Origin: Bacillota bacterium
GTDB lineage: Bacteria > Bacillota > Dehalobacteriia > UBA4068 > UBA4997
Assembly: GCA_017397935.1 (NCBI GenBank)
Contig: JAFQHN010000001.1
Location: forward strand, 19,134-83,133
Reading direction: 5' to 3'
DNA: 64,000 bases
Shown piece by piece: positions 28,849 to 39,839 of this stretch; the first letter of the stretch is position 1, and each line of letters starts with the position of its first letter. The translations under genes and the position numbers were made by a program. Below the pieces are notes generated by a model. It was not told where the DNA came from, made no database searches, and was given only the letters and a program-made list of their open reading frames with translations.

Positions 28849-28913
28849 CAGCGAATATTTAACAGGCAGTTCCTGTTATGGGTACTGCGTATGGTAAATA
28901 TCGCTGTTTTTTT
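28849..28913 (+). terminator. Putative terminator after ywlE
   Basis: Long imperfect hairpin CAGCGAATATTTA...TAAATATCGCTG with an inner AACAGG/CCTGTT stem, followed by T7. Confidence 0.55.
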
Positions 28914-28981
28914 GCGTTTTTGCCAAAGTTTTCTATTGCATTTTATGTTTTTTGGGTTAAATTATGGGAGGTCTTTTGGTT

Positions 28982-29476
28982 ATGAAAATCGCATTGGGCT
29001 GCGACCACGCGGCGTATGAGTTGAAGGCAAAGGTTAAGGCGCACATTGAGGCCAAGGGTTATGAGGTGCGCGATTTCGGCACCTTTGATGAGGCATCGGT
29101 GGATTACCCCGATTATGCTTTTTTTGTGGGCAAGGCCGTGGTCAACGGCGAGTGCGAGCGCGGCATTTTGCTGTGCGGTACCGGTATCGGCATTGGTATC
29201 GCCGCCAACAAAATCCCCGGTGTGCGTGCCGCCCTGTGCCATGATTTGTTCTCGGCCGAGGCCTGCCGCCAGCACAACAACGCCAATATCCTTACGATGG
29301 GCGCCCGTGTGGTAGACCCGGAGCTTGCTCTGCAAATTGTGGATACCTGGCTGACCACCGAATTTGAGGGTGGCCGCCACCAGCGCCGCATTGATAAAAT
29401 CACCAGCATCGAGGACACCATGGCCGTTGAGCGTGCCGAGGAGCTGGCCAACATTGTGAAGGCGCAGAGCAAATGA
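28982..29476 (+). CDS. rpiB: Ribose-5-phosphate isomerase B
   Basis: Start ATG 28982. MKIALGCDHAAYELK...GILLCGTGIGIGIAANK, typical RpiB/LacAB. Confidence 0.9.
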   Translation: MKIALGCDHAAYELKAKVKAHIEAKGYEVRDFGTFDEASVDYPDYAFFVGKAVVNGECERGILLCGTGIGIGIAANKIPGVRAALCHDLFSAEACRQHNNANILTMGARVVDPELALQIVDTWLTTEFEGGRHQRRIDKITSIEDTMAVERAEELANIVKAQSK

Positions 29477-30054
29477 GCGAGCACGGCTATATCGAATCTA
29501 CGCTGACCGAAAAGCAGCAGGCAGACCTTAGGGCGGAAATTAAGGCTCTGCTGGCTGAATTTTTGCAGACCGCCCACCCGGAGGCCGGTTCTCTGCTGGT
29601 GGTCGGCTGCTCTACCAGCGAGGTTTTGGGGCAGCATATCGGCCGCGCCGGCTGTGAACAGCTGGGGCAGATGATTGCCGAGGAGGTTTTGGCTGCTGCC
29701 GAGGCTTACCACATCCACGCCGCCGCCCAATGCTGTGAGCATCTTAACCGTGCCCTGGTGGTAGAAAAATCCGTCGCCGGGGAACATGGCCTGCAAATAG
29801 TCAGCGCGGTGCCCCAACCGCACGCCGGGGGCAGCTTTGCCGCCGCCTTTTATCCGCAGCTGCATCAGCCCGTGCTGGTGCAGGAGATTGCTGCCGATTT
29901 GGGCTTGGACATCGGCCTGACGCTGATTGGTATGCACTTAAAGCGCGTGGCCGTGCCGGTGCGCCTCTCGGCCAAAACATTGGGGCAGGCCACGGTTACG
30001 GCGGCTGTTACCCGTCCCCCGCTGATTGGCGGTGCGCGTGCCAAATATGAGTAA
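29473..30054 (+). CDS. TIGR01440 / UPF0340 (YwlG-like) protein
   Basis: 193 aa. LLVVGCSTSEVLG motif. 4-nt overlap with rpiB, as in the Bacillus ywlF-ywlG pair. Confidence 0.7.
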   Translation: MSEHGYIESTLTEKQQADLRAEIKALLAEFLQTAHPEAGSLLVVGCSTSEVLGQHIGRAGCEQLGQMIAEEVLAAAEAYHIHAAAQCCEHLNRALVVEKSVAGEHGLQIVSAVPQPHAGGSFAAAFYPQLHQPVLVQEIAADLGLDIGLTLIGMHLKRVAVPVRLSAKTLGQATVTAAVTRPPLIGGARAKYE

Positions 30055-30105
30055 TCGCGGCATGCTGAACCCCCGAATCTAAGATTTTTCTCTAAATAAA
30101 CAATG

Positions 30106-30137
30106 ATCAGTTGGCCAAAACCAACTGATTTTGTTTT
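30106..30137 (+). terminator. Intrinsic terminator
   Basis: ATCAGTTGG-CCAAAA-CCAACTGAT followed by TTTGTTTTG. Confidence 0.75.
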
Positions 30138-30162
30138 GAAAACTAAAACCCGGCAAAATAAA

Positions 30163-30191
30163 TTGACATCCTGCGCCCAACCTGCTAATAT
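30163..30191 (+). promoter_or_regulatory. Sigma-A type promoter of the DUF1836 / purH-like pair
   Basis: TTGACA, 17-nt spacer, TAATAT. Confidence 0.6.
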
Positions 30192-30260
30192 TGTCTTGGG
30201 TGAATGTGCCAATATGTGTTGGCAAATCATTAAATCAGCAACCGAAAAAGAGGTGATGTC

Positions 30261-30818
30261 ATGTCCAATGTATCGCCGGACAATTTGCCCGAGGCCTGGA
30301 CAGAGGCAGTATTAAGGTTTCATTGTCCGCGCTACGCCGAGTTTCCGCAGGTAGAGCTTTATATGGACCAGGTGTTGAAGGTGATCGAACACAGCCTGGC
30401 GCCCATTGACAAAGGCGGCAAGGAGAAGCTGATAACCTCCACCATGGTGAATAATTATGTAAAGCAGGGTGTGGTGCAGCCGCCGCAGAAGAAGCGCTAT
30501 AACCGCAATCATCTGGCTTATCTGATGGTGGTTTGCGTGTTAAAGCAGGTGCTGCCCATTGCCGATATTTGCCGGGGTATCCGTCTGCAAATTGATACCT
30601 GCCCCATAGCACAGGCCTACGATTATTTCTGCGAGGCGCTGGAAAGTGCGCTGGTAGCGGTTTTTACCAAAAACAGCGCCGCTTTTATCGAGCAGCCGTC
30701 GGGGACTCTGCCCGAGGCACAGCTGGTGCGTGCGGCCACGCTGGCCTTTGCCAATAAGGTTTATCTGCAAACTTACCTGCAATATGTGGAAGAAGTTACC
30801 CAAGGTGCCGAAAATTAA
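30261..30818 (+). CDS. DUF1836 domain protein
   Basis: 185 aa. LYMDQVLKVIE...ITSTMVNNYVKQGVVQPPQKKRYNRNHLAYLMVVCVLKQVL matches the DUF1836 pattern. Confidence 0.65.
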   Translation: MSNVSPDNLPEAWTEAVLRFHCPRYAEFPQVELYMDQVLKVIEHSLAPIDKGGKEKLITSTMVNNYVKQGVVQPPQKKRYNRNHLAYLMVVCVLKQVLPIADICRGIRLQIDTCPIAQAYDYFCEALESALVAVFTKNSAAFIEQPSGTLPEAQLVRAATLAFANKVYLQTYLQYVEEVTQGAEN

Positions 30819-30854
30819 ACAGAATAAATAAATATAATATAAAGGAGTATTATC

Positions 30855-32027
30855 ATGCAAGAGTTATCTTTGAAATACGGCTGCAACCCCAACCAGAAGC
30901 CGGCCCGTGTTTTTGCCAGGCAGGGCGAGCTGCCCTTTACTGTATTAAACGGCAACCCCGGTTACATCAATCTGCTGGACGCGTTTAACAGCTGGCAGCT
31001 GGTTAAAGAGTTGAAGGAGGCAACCGGCCTCCCGGCTGCGGCTTCTTTTAAGCACGTCAGCCCCGCAGGTGCCGCTGTGGCCGTGCCGCTTTCGCCCGTT
31101 TTGCAGCAGATTTATTTTGTGGAGGGTGTGGAGTTATCCCCCATCGCCACCGCTTACATCCGTGCCCGCGGTGCCGACAGAATGTCCTCTTACGGCGATT
31201 TTGTGGCGCTCTCTGATGAGTGCGATGCCCAGACGGCCAGCTTCTTGCTGCGCGAGGTCTCGGACGGCATTATTGCCCCCTCTTACTCGGCTGAGGCGCT
31301 GGAAATTTTGCGCAAGAAGCGCAACGGCAATTATCTGGTCATCCGGATCGACCCCGAATATCAGCCGGCAGATTTGGAAACCAAGGATGTTTTCGGCGTG
31401 ACCTTTGAGCAACAGCGCAACAACATTAAAATTGATGAGAGCCTGCTGGACAGGCGCCCCACCAAAAATCAGGAGATCCCGGCCGACGCTGTGCGTGATT
31501 TGATCATCGCTCTGATCACGCTGAAATACACCCAGTCCAACTCGGTTTGCTATACCAAGGACGGTCAGGCCATCGGTATCGGCGCAGGCCAGCAATCCCG
31601 TATCCATTGTACCCGTTTGGCCGGCAACAAGGCTGATGTCTGGCTGCTGCGTCAGCATCCGAAGGTTCTGGCTCTGCCCTTCAAGGAGGGTATCCGCCGC
31701 CCCGACCGTGACAATACCATCGACGTTTACATCTCCAACGAGTACGAGGATGTTCTGGCCGACGGCGCCTGGCAGCAGTTCTTCACCGAGCAGCCCGAAG
31801 TGCTGACCGAAGCCGAGAAAAAGGCCTGGTTGGCTCAGGCCGAGGGCATTTGTCTGGGCTCTGACGCCTTCTTCCCCTTTGGCGACAACATTGAGCGTGC
31901 CCACAAAAGCGGCGTAGCTTATATTGCGCAGGCCGGCGGCTCGGTACGCGATGACAATGTTATTGAAACCTGCGATAAATACAACATCGCCATGGCCTTT
32001 ACCGGTGTGCGCCTGTTCCACCATTGA
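30855..32027 (+). CDS. AICAR formyltransferase-type protein (PurH-like, lacking the MGS/IMP cyclohydrolase domain)
   Basis: 390 aa. LKYGCNPNQKPARVF..., FKHVSPAGAA and a C-terminal GGSVRD...FTGVRLFHH are PurH AICARFT hallmarks. Confidence 0.75.
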   Translation: MQELSLKYGCNPNQKPARVFARQGELPFTVLNGNPGYINLLDAFNSWQLVKELKEATGLPAAASFKHVSPAGAAVAVPLSPVLQQIYFVEGVELSPIATAYIRARGADRMSSYGDFVALSDECDAQTASFLLREVSDGIIAPSYSAEALEILRKKRNGNYLVIRIDPEYQPADLETKDVFGVTFEQQRNNIKIDESLLDRRPTKNQEIPADAVRDLIIALITLKYTQSNSVCYTKDGQAIGIGAGQQSRIHCTRLAGNKADVWLLRQHPKVLALPFKEGIRRPDRDNTIDVYISNEYEDVLADGAWQQFFTEQPEVLTEAEKKAWLAQAEGICLGSDAFFPFGDNIERAHKSGVAYIAQAGGSVRDDNVIETCDKYNIAMAFTGVRLFHH

Positions 32028-32046
32028 TTTCCCTTTGATTTTAATA

Positions 32047-32085
32047 AGCGTGTCCTGCCAAACTGTGCGGGGCACGCTTTTTTTG
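32047..32085 (+). terminator. Intrinsic terminator
   Basis: AGCGTGTCC...GGGCACGCT hairpin followed by T7. Confidence 0.7.
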
Positions 32086-32221
32086 CGGATTTTGCGGATT
32101 TGGCCCGAATGATGGCCGCAAAAGTTGAAATATGTTGCAGAAATATGTTAAAATAAAGTTCGATGATATATTTTGCTGCAATTTTGTGTGATAGTTGCTT
32201 AGGTTGAATGGAGGACGCCCC

Positions 32222-33637
32222 GTGAGGAAATTGTTATCAAAAAAATTATTGAGAAGATTATTGCCCCTGCTGCTGTTGTTATTGCTGCTGGCCCTGCCCA
32301 CCACCGCATTGGCAGACGCCACACCGGTGGATGAAGACGAAAATCTGGCCGTGGTTACGCCGGCCGATGATGAATTTATTGATGATGAAGTTATTGATGA
32401 TGAAAATGTCGATGATGAAACCGTAACGCCGGTGCAGCCGGATGCAACTGTACCCGATAAGGCTGACAATAAGGCTGACGATGCGGCAGATAATACCGAA
32501 ATCGCACCCCTGCCCGACACCATGGAGGTCTGGCTGTTTGATTATGACATCAACGCCAACCGCCGCACCGAGGTTATCCCCGTCAATTTATCGCTTGGCG
32601 GCCAACATCTGCCCAGCGATGTTCCTGCCATGGCCATCTCCGGCCGCACTCTCGTCCCCGTACGCCTGATCAGCGAGAATTTGCAGGCCCAAGTGGTGTG
32701 GGAGAAATCCACCAACACCGTAACCATCACGCAGGACGGTCAAACCATCGTACTGACCATCGGCAGTAATGTGGCGCTGATCAACGGCGTGGAGACCCCT
32801 GTGCCCGATAATGTCAGCGTGTCTCTGGTGACGCACGAGCAAATTGCCCGTACCATGGTGCCGGTGCGTTTTGTCAGCGAGAACCTGGGGGCAACTGTCA
32901 ATTATCAGCAGGCAGAGCGTAATGTGGACATCATCCCCCCGGTGGTCGAGGAGCCGGAGGATGAAGAGCCTGCACCCGAGCCGCCCGGTATTGATGATGA
33001 TGGCAGCCTGTACCGCCGCGTGGTAATTGATGCCGGCCACGGCGGCAAGGACCCCGGCACCAACGGCGGTGCGCTGATTGAAAAGGACATTACGCTGGCG
33101 GTGGCCCTGCTGGTGCAGGATCTGCTGCAAGACGCCGATTATGAGGTCATTATGTCCCGTACCGAGGACGAGTACCCCGAGCTGATGGAGCGTGCCAAGC
33201 TGACGCAGGAATATGATGCGCCCATTTTTGTAAGTATTCATTGTAATGCGGCTGAGAATATCGCCTCTGCCAACGGCATTGAAACCTACATCGCCCCTGC
33301 TGATGCTTCCGATGCGGATTTGGCCGCCTATTTGCAGGCCGCGCTTATCAACGCCACCGGTGCCAATGACCGCGGTGTCAAGGAATCCCGCCTGGTGGTG
33401 CTGACGCAAAACCCTGCCCCCGCCTGCCTGGTGGAGCTGGGCTTTATGACCAACCCTGCCGAATGTGCCAAGCTGGGTGATGAGGATTATCAGCAGCTTC
33501 TGGCCCAGGCCATAGCTGACGGCATTGATAACTACTTTGCTGACTATGCCGAAGGCCTGATTGCGCCCATTTCGGCCGCCGATACGGCAGAAAAAGATGC
33601 AGAAAAAGATGCAGAAGATGATTTGGAAGATGAATAA
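32222..33637 (+). CDS. N-acetylmuramoyl-L-alanine amidase (Amidase_3) with stalk domains and acidic low-complexity ends
   Basis: GTG 32222 behind GGAGGA. Signal peptide, copper-amine-oxidase-N-like repeats (TLVPVRLISENL / TMVPVRFVSENL), and a catalytic domain VVIDAGHGGKDPGT...SIHCNA. Confidence 0.85.
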   Translation: MRKLLSKKLLRRLLPLLLLLLLLALPTTALADATPVDEDENLAVVTPADDEFIDDEVIDDENVDDETVTPVQPDATVPDKADNKADDAADNTEIAPLPDTMEVWLFDYDINANRRTEVIPVNLSLGGQHLPSDVPAMAISGRTLVPVRLISENLQAQVVWEKSTNTVTITQDGQTIVLTIGSNVALINGVETPVPDNVSVSLVTHEQIARTMVPVRFVSENLGATVNYQQAERNVDIIPPVVEEPEDEEPAPEPPGIDDDGSLYRRVVIDAGHGGKDPGTNGGALIEKDITLAVALLVQDLLQDADYEVIMSRTEDEYPELMERAKLTQEYDAPIFVSIHCNAAENIASANGIETYIAPADASDADLAAYLQAALINATGANDRGVKESRLVVLTQNPAPACLVELGFMTNPAECAKLGDEDYQQLLAQAIADGIDNYFADYAEGLIAPISAADTAEKDAEKDAEDDLEDE

Positions 33638-33815
33638 TTTACGGCAGCATGGCGGAATTTCTCGCTGTGCTGCTTTTGTTATCACCAATTAAACAGTTTT
33701 AACCACCGCCGCTTCGGTGCATAATATAAACGCATAATATAAACGGTGTTAATTTTAGCTTAACTTGGCTGTGATATAATCAATTTAGCTTGGAAACCAA
33801 AGGAGGTTGAAGAAT

Positions 33816-36218
33816 ATGACGAATCAAATACCCAATCAAACAACCATGCAAACACCCTTAAACGCCGATGAGCTGCGCCTTATCGACGCCTATTGGCGTG
33901 CCTGCAATTATCTCTCTGTCGGCCAGCTTTACCTGCGAGATAACCCCCTGCTGAGGGAGCCGCTGCGCCCCGAGCACATCAAACCCAATGTGGTGGGGCA
34001 TTGGGGCACCGCACCCGGCCAGAATTTTATCTACGCCCACTTAAACCGGGTGATCAAAAACCACGATTTGAATATGATTTACATTAGCGGCCCCGGTCAC
34101 GGCGGCCAGGCTATGGTGGCCAACACCTGGATGGAAGGCTCTTACACCGAGGTTTACCCCAACATCACGCAGGATGAGGCGGGGCTGAAAAAACTGTGCA
34201 AGCAGTTCAGCTTTCCCGGCGGAATTTCCAGCCATGTTGCGCCCGAAACTCCCGGTTCCATCAACGAGGGCGGCGAGCTGGGATATTCGCTGGCCCACGC
34301 TTTTGGGGCGGTGCTGGATAACCCCGATTTGATTGCGGCCTGCGTGGTGGGCGACGGCGAAGCCGAGACAGGCGCCCTTGCCACCGCCTGGCAGGGCAAT
34401 AAGCTGATAAATCCGCTGACCGACGGTGTGGTGCTGCCGATTCTGCACTTAAACGGCTTTAAGATTGCCAACCCCACCATCTTCGCCCGCATCTCCAAAG
34501 AGGAGCTGACTTCGTTCTTTATGGGCTGCGGCTGGCTGCCTTATTATGTGGAGGGCGATGACCCCGAATATATGCACCAGCAAATGGCCGCCGCACTCGA
34601 TGCCGCACTCGCTGACATTAAAGAAATCAAAACCAACGCCGCCGCCGGCGATACCAACCGCCCCGTGTGGCCGATGATCGTGCTGCGTTCTCCCAAAGGG
34701 TGGACGGGACCCAAAGAAATCGGCGGCAAAACCGTGGAGGGCAGCTTCCGTTCTCATCAGGTACCGATTTTGGTGAGCAGCGATAACCCCGAAAATCTGC
34801 CGCTGCTGGAAGAATGGCTGCGAAGCTATCACCCGGAGGAGCTGTTTGATGAGCAGGGCCGCCCCCTGCCCGAATTGCTGGCTTTTGTACCGCAGGGCAA
34901 CCGCCGCATGGGTGCCAACCCCGTGGCCAACGGCGGTCTGCTGCTGAGGGATCTGCGCCTGCCGGACTTCCGTGATTATGCGGTGGAATTTGAGCAGCAC
35001 GGCAGCAAATTGGCGCAGGATATGCTGGTGCTGGGCGAATTTGTGCGGGATATTGTGCGTGACAACCAGGAGGAGCGCAACTTCCGCATCTTTGGGCCGG
35101 ATGAAACGATGAGCAACCGTCTGGGAGCCGTATTCCAGCAGACCAACCGCCAGTTCTGCGCCGATGTTACGCCCGACGATGAATTTCTGGCCGCCGACGG
35201 CCGCGTGATCGACAGTATGCTCTCCGAGAATATGTGCGAGGGTATGCTGGAAGGCTATCTGCTGACCGGCCGCCACGGCTTCTTCAACAGCTACGAGGCC
35301 TTTATCCGCATTGTCGATTCCATGTTCAGCCAGCACGCCAAATGGCTTAAAGTCTGCCGTGATTTGCCATGGCGCCAGAAGATCGCCTCGCTGAACTTTG
35401 TGCTGTCCTCTCATGTCTGGCAGCAGGATCACAACGGCTTCACCCACCAGGACCCTGGTTTTCTGGATCACGTGGCCAACAAAAAGGCCGACATCGTGCG
35501 CATCTTCCTGCCGCCGGACGCCAACTGCCTGCTCTCCTGCTTCGACCATTGTATCCGCACCCGTGATAAGGTGAACGTGCTGGTGGCCTCCAAGCACCCA
35601 CGCCCCCAATGGCTGACGATGGATGAGGCCGTCAAGCATTGTACGCAGGGCATCGGCATCTGGCAGTGGGCAAGCAACGATGAAGGCGCCGAGCCCGACA
35701 TCATCATGGCCTGCTGCGGCGACACTCCCACTCTGGAAGTTCTGGCCGCGGTATCCATTCTGCGGCGCAACCTGCCGGAGTTGAAAATCCGCGTCATCAA
35801 TGTGGTGGATCTGTTCAAATTGCAGCCCCGTGCCGAACATCCCCACGGCCTGGACGATACCGATTACGATTTGCTGTTCACCAAGGATAAGCCGATTCTG
35901 TTCGCTTATCACGGCTACCCCAGCCTGATCCGGGAGCTGACTTATCGGCGCCACAACCGCAACTTAACGGTGCGCGGCTATGTGGAGGAGGGTACCATCA
36001 CCACCCCGTTTGATATGCGCGTGCAAAACTCGCTGGACCGTTTCCATCTGGTGCAGGATGCGGTGGCGCTGCTGCCGGGTTTGGGCAACCGCGGCGCTTA
36101 TCTGGTGCAGAATATGAAGGATAAGCTGGTCGAGCACAAGCAGTACATCAGCGAGTACGGCAAAGACCTGCCCGAGATCCTTGAATGGACCTGGGAGAAA
36201 AGCATGACCGGACTTTAA
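33816..36218 (+). CDS. xfp: Xylulose-5-phosphate/fructose-6-phosphate phosphoketolase
   Basis: ATG 33816 behind AGGAGG. ~800 aa. [28 protein letters not shown] and EGGELGY are phosphoketolase signatures. Confidence 0.93.
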   Translation: MTNQIPNQTTMQTPLNADELRLIDAYWRACNYLSVGQLYLRDNPLLREPLRPEHIKPNVVGHWGTAPGQNFIYAHLNRVIKNHDLNMIYISGPGHGGQAMVANTWMEGSYTEVYPNITQDEAGLKKLCKQFSFPGGISSHVAPETPGSINEGGELGYSLAHAFGAVLDNPDLIAACVVGDGEAETGALATAWQGNKLINPLTDGVVLPILHLNGFKIANPTIFARISKEELTSFFMGCGWLPYYVEGDDPEYMHQQMAAALDAALADIKEIKTNAAAGDTNRPVWPMIVLRSPKGWTGPKEIGGKTVEGSFRSHQVPILVSSDNPENLPLLEEWLRSYHPEELFDEQGRPLPELLAFVPQGNRRMGANPVANGGLLLRDLRLPDFRDYAVEFEQHGSKLAQDMLVLGEFVRDIVRDNQEERNFRIFGPDETMSNRLGAVFQQTNRQFCADVTPDDEFLAADGRVIDSMLSENMCEGMLEGYLLTGRHGFFNSYEAFIRIVDSMFSQHAKWLKVCRDLPWRQKIASLNFVLSSHVWQQDHNGFTHQDPGFLDHVANKKADIVRIFLPPDANCLLSCFDHCIRTRDKVNVLVASKHPRPQWLTMDEAVKHCTQGIGIWQWASNDEGAEPDIIMACCGDTPTLEVLAAVSILRRNLPELKIRVINVVDLFKLQPRAEHPHGLDDTDYDLLFTKDKPILFAYHGYPSLIRELTYRRHNRNLTVRGYVEEGTITTPFDMRVQNSLDRFHLVQDAVALLPGLGNRGAYLVQNMKDKLVEHKQYISEYGKDLPEILEWTWEKSMTGL

Positions 36219-36232
36219 TAAAAAACACAAAA

Positions 36233-36264
36233 ATAAGGCCTGCAATTCTTATTGCGGGCCTTAT
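36233..36264. terminator. Bidirectional terminator between xfp and ilvC
   Basis: ATAAGGCCTGCAA-loop-TTGCGGGCCTTAT with A-rich and T-rich flanks. Confidence 0.7.
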
Positions 36265-36295
36265 TATATTGTTGGTTATTGTTGCTTATGAAAGG

Positions 36296-37375
<1,080 letters not shown>

Positions 37376-37464
37376 TTAATTCTTATATCATACAACTATT
37401 GAGCCCAAAAAACAAGAGAGAAACAGCAAATTTTTACGCTTTTTTTGCATAATACTGCATACAA

Positions 37465-37863
37465 TCAGATTTTGGCAACAATCCAGCCAATCAGCATATT
37501 ACACAGAGAAATCACAATGCTGGACAAAATCGCCGCCCCAAAACCGCTTACCGTGCAGCCGGGGATAAGCCACACCGCCAGCCACAGCATAAAACCGTTC
37601 AGCACCAGCGCAAACAGGCCCATCGTCAGCACCGTCAGCGGCAGCGCAGCCACTTGCAGCACCGGCTTAATGCTGATATTCAACACCGTAAACAGCGCCG
37701 CCGCCACCAGCAGCGAAAGCAAGCTCTGAAAATGCAGGCCGCCCACCAGCCGCTCTGCCACCAGCATGGCCAGCGCATTGGTCAGCGCCACCGTCAACAA
37801 CTGCTGCCGGTTATTCCGCGGGTTCACATAATTGCCCTTGTTATCAATATATCCTCCGCCCAT
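37465..37863 (-). CDS. Phage_holin_4_2 / DUF360-like small membrane protein
   Basis: 132 aa, four hydrophobic segments. ...KPVLQVAALPLTVLTMGLFALVLNGFMLWL... resembles the family. Confidence 0.55.
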   Translation of the reverse strand: MGGGYIDNKGNYVNPRNNRQQLLTVALTNALAMLVAERLVGGLHFQSLLSLLVAAALFTVLNISIKPVLQVAALPLTVLTMGLFALVLNGFMLWLAVWLIPGCTVSGFGAAILSSIVISLCNMLIGWIVAKI

Positions 37864-37874
37864 ATTCCCACTTC

Positions 37875-38100
37875 CTTTTTTTATACCTATCTACTTTTAT
37901 CGTATTCTCAAACTTTTTCCTATATTCAACTCTACTTATTACTCAACTTACTGCATTTTTTTATACCTATCTACCTTTATCGTATTCTCAAACTTTTTCC
38001 TATATCCAACTCTCACTTATTACTCAACTGACTTCAATTTTTTTTTACACCTATCCGCTCTCACCGTTCTCTCAAACTTTCTCTGCCCATATCTTCCGTC
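37875..38100. repeat. Tandem 80-84 bp units of the TTTTATACC-head family (about 2.7 copies)
   Basis: TTTTTTTATACCTATCTAC(T/C)TTTATCGTATTCTCAAACTTTTTCCTATAT... occurs twice (heads ~37883 and 37963), then a degenerate TTTTTTTACACCTATCC copy (~38047). Confidence 0.85.
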
Positions 38101-38139
38101 TTGTGCGCCTTATTCGGTGGTTTTTACACAACATCTGGT

Positions 38140-38370
38140 GGTGATAATCCACTTTATCCACAAGGTTATTCACTTTCTCCACCGTTTCTGCCGATTATTC
38201 GGCCAACCGGCGGCAGTTATCACCAACCGACATTTTTTTTCACCAAAATACCGACTTTTCTGCCAAATTTCGCCAGTTATTCCACAAATTTTCCTTATTG
38301 TCCCTAACCGTTAAAACTTTCCGCCGCTATGCAGACATTTTGCGCCCAATTTGACGCAAATTTCCACAAT
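38140..38370. promoter_or_regulatory. Secondary DnaA-box cluster outside oriC
   Basis: Perfect TTATCCACA at ~38154-38162, preceded by TAATCCACT. Further 1-2 mismatch boxes follow: TTATTCACT, TTATCACCA, TATTCCACA (~38278) and ATTTCCACA (~38359). Confidence 0.5.
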
Positions 38371-38626
38371 TTTCCCTTATTTTCCCCAACTGTTAATAAA
38401 TAATCTAAAATCATCTGTTAAAATCAACCAAAAATCTTAATAAAAATGCAGATTACTTGATCTGTGCATTGTTTTTTTGCGCATAATTGGCTAAAATAAG
38501 TTTAGCATTAAAAAGCCCAAATTGCAACCTGCCCCGCTTGGCCCCGGCAATAAAATTTGGTCGGAAAATTTGGGTAGCCAAACCAAAAATAAACTTTGTA
38601 TTTAACCAAGGGAGGATAAATATATT

Positions 38627-39745
38627 ATGAAAGACCCCAGAATCTCTGAACTGGCCCGCAATCTGGTGCAATATTCCACTCGCATCCAACCGGGAGAAAA
38701 AGTGCTTATCGAGGTCAACGGAGAGGCCAAAGAGCTGACGGTTGCCCTTATCGACGAGGTTTACGCCGCCGGCGGCCTGCCCTTTGTCACCATCAAGCAG
38801 GAGGAGATCAAAGAGGCCCTGCTGAAAAACTGCACCCAACAGCAAATGGAAATGTGCGCCCGCTATGAAGCCGCCCGTATGCAGGATATGGACGCTTACA
38901 TCGGCATCCGTGCCGGAGAAAACAGCTTTGCCATGGCCGATTTGCCGCAGGATAAAGTAACCCTGTTTAACAAATTCTGGCAGCAGCCGGTCCACATGGA
39001 CATCCGCGTGCCCCATACCAAATGGGTAATCCTGCGTTATCCCAACCACAGCATGGCCCAGCTGGCCAAAATGCCCACCCACCGTTTTGAGGATTTCTAT
39101 TTCTCGGTCTGCAATCTGGATTACGCCAAAATGAGCCGAGAGATGGATAAGCTGGTGGATTTGATGAACCGCACCGACCGCGTAGAGATCAAGGGCAACG
39201 GCTGCGATCTCTCTTTCAGCATCAAGGACATCCCGGCCATTAAATGCGCCGGCGACTGCAATATCCCCGACGGTGAGGTTTACACCGCCCCCGTCCGGGA
39301 TTCGGTAAACGGCGAGATCACCTACAACGCCCCCTCTCTCTATCAGGGCACCACTTTCCAGCAGATCCACCTGCGCTTTGAAAACGGCAAAATCGTAGAG
39401 GCCACCGCCGGCAAGGATACCGAAAAGCTCAACAAAATCCTCGATACCGACGAAGGCGCGCGTTATATCGGTGAGTTTGCGCTGGGCGTCAACCCCAATG
39501 TTACCACCCCCATCTGCGACATCCTTTTTGATGAGAAGATCCGCGGCAGCTTCCATTTTACCCCCGGCGATTGCTATGAGGACGCCGAAAACGGCAACCG
39601 CAGCAGCATTCATTGGGATTTGGTGCATATCCAAACCGAAGAAATGGGCGGCGGAGAAATTTACTTCGACGGCCGGCTTATCCGCAAAAACGGCCTTTTC
39701 GTCGTGGATGAGCTGTTGGGCCTGAACCCCGAAAACTTGTTATAA
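38627..39745 (+). CDS. M29 family aminopeptidase (AmpS/PepS-like)
   Basis: 372 aa. MKDPRISELARNLVQYSTRIQPGEKVLIE..., EFALGVNP and SIHWDLV motifs. Confidence 0.85.
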   Translation: MKDPRISELARNLVQYSTRIQPGEKVLIEVNGEAKELTVALIDEVYAAGGLPFVTIKQEEIKEALLKNCTQQQMEMCARYEAARMQDMDAYIGIRAGENSFAMADLPQDKVTLFNKFWQQPVHMDIRVPHTKWVILRYPNHSMAQLAKMPTHRFEDFYFSVCNLDYAKMSREMDKLVDLMNRTDRVEIKGNGCDLSFSIKDIPAIKCAGDCNIPDGEVYTAPVRDSVNGEITYNAPSLYQGTTFQQIHLRFENGKIVEATAGKDTEKLNKILDTDEGARYIGEFALGVNPNVTTPICDILFDEKIRGSFHFTPGDCYEDAENGNRSSIHWDLVHIQTEEMGGGEIYFDGRLIRKNGLFVVDELLGLNPENLL

Positions 39746-39839
39746 GAAAACCTGTTATAATAAATATTATAAGAAACCTTATTATAATCCGTCATATATA
39801 TTAAACATTCAACAAGATTTTTTTTAAGTAGGTGAATAT

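Noticed and set aside
37465-37863. Holin annotation as evidence for a phage lysis cassette.
   Set aside because: - The Phage_holin_4_2/DUF360 family is widespread as a stand-alone chromosomal membrane protein.
- No endolysin or phage gene is adjacent.
37832-38314. F/L/Y/P-rich ORFs reading through the repeat arrays: 37654..38031, 37832..38314, 49730..50027, 51590..52297, 24082..24480 and 6628..6834.
   Set aside because: - They are open only because the G-poor repeat strand lacks stop codons.
- They have no RBS, and their amino-acid composition is implausible.
- Several lie inside oriC.
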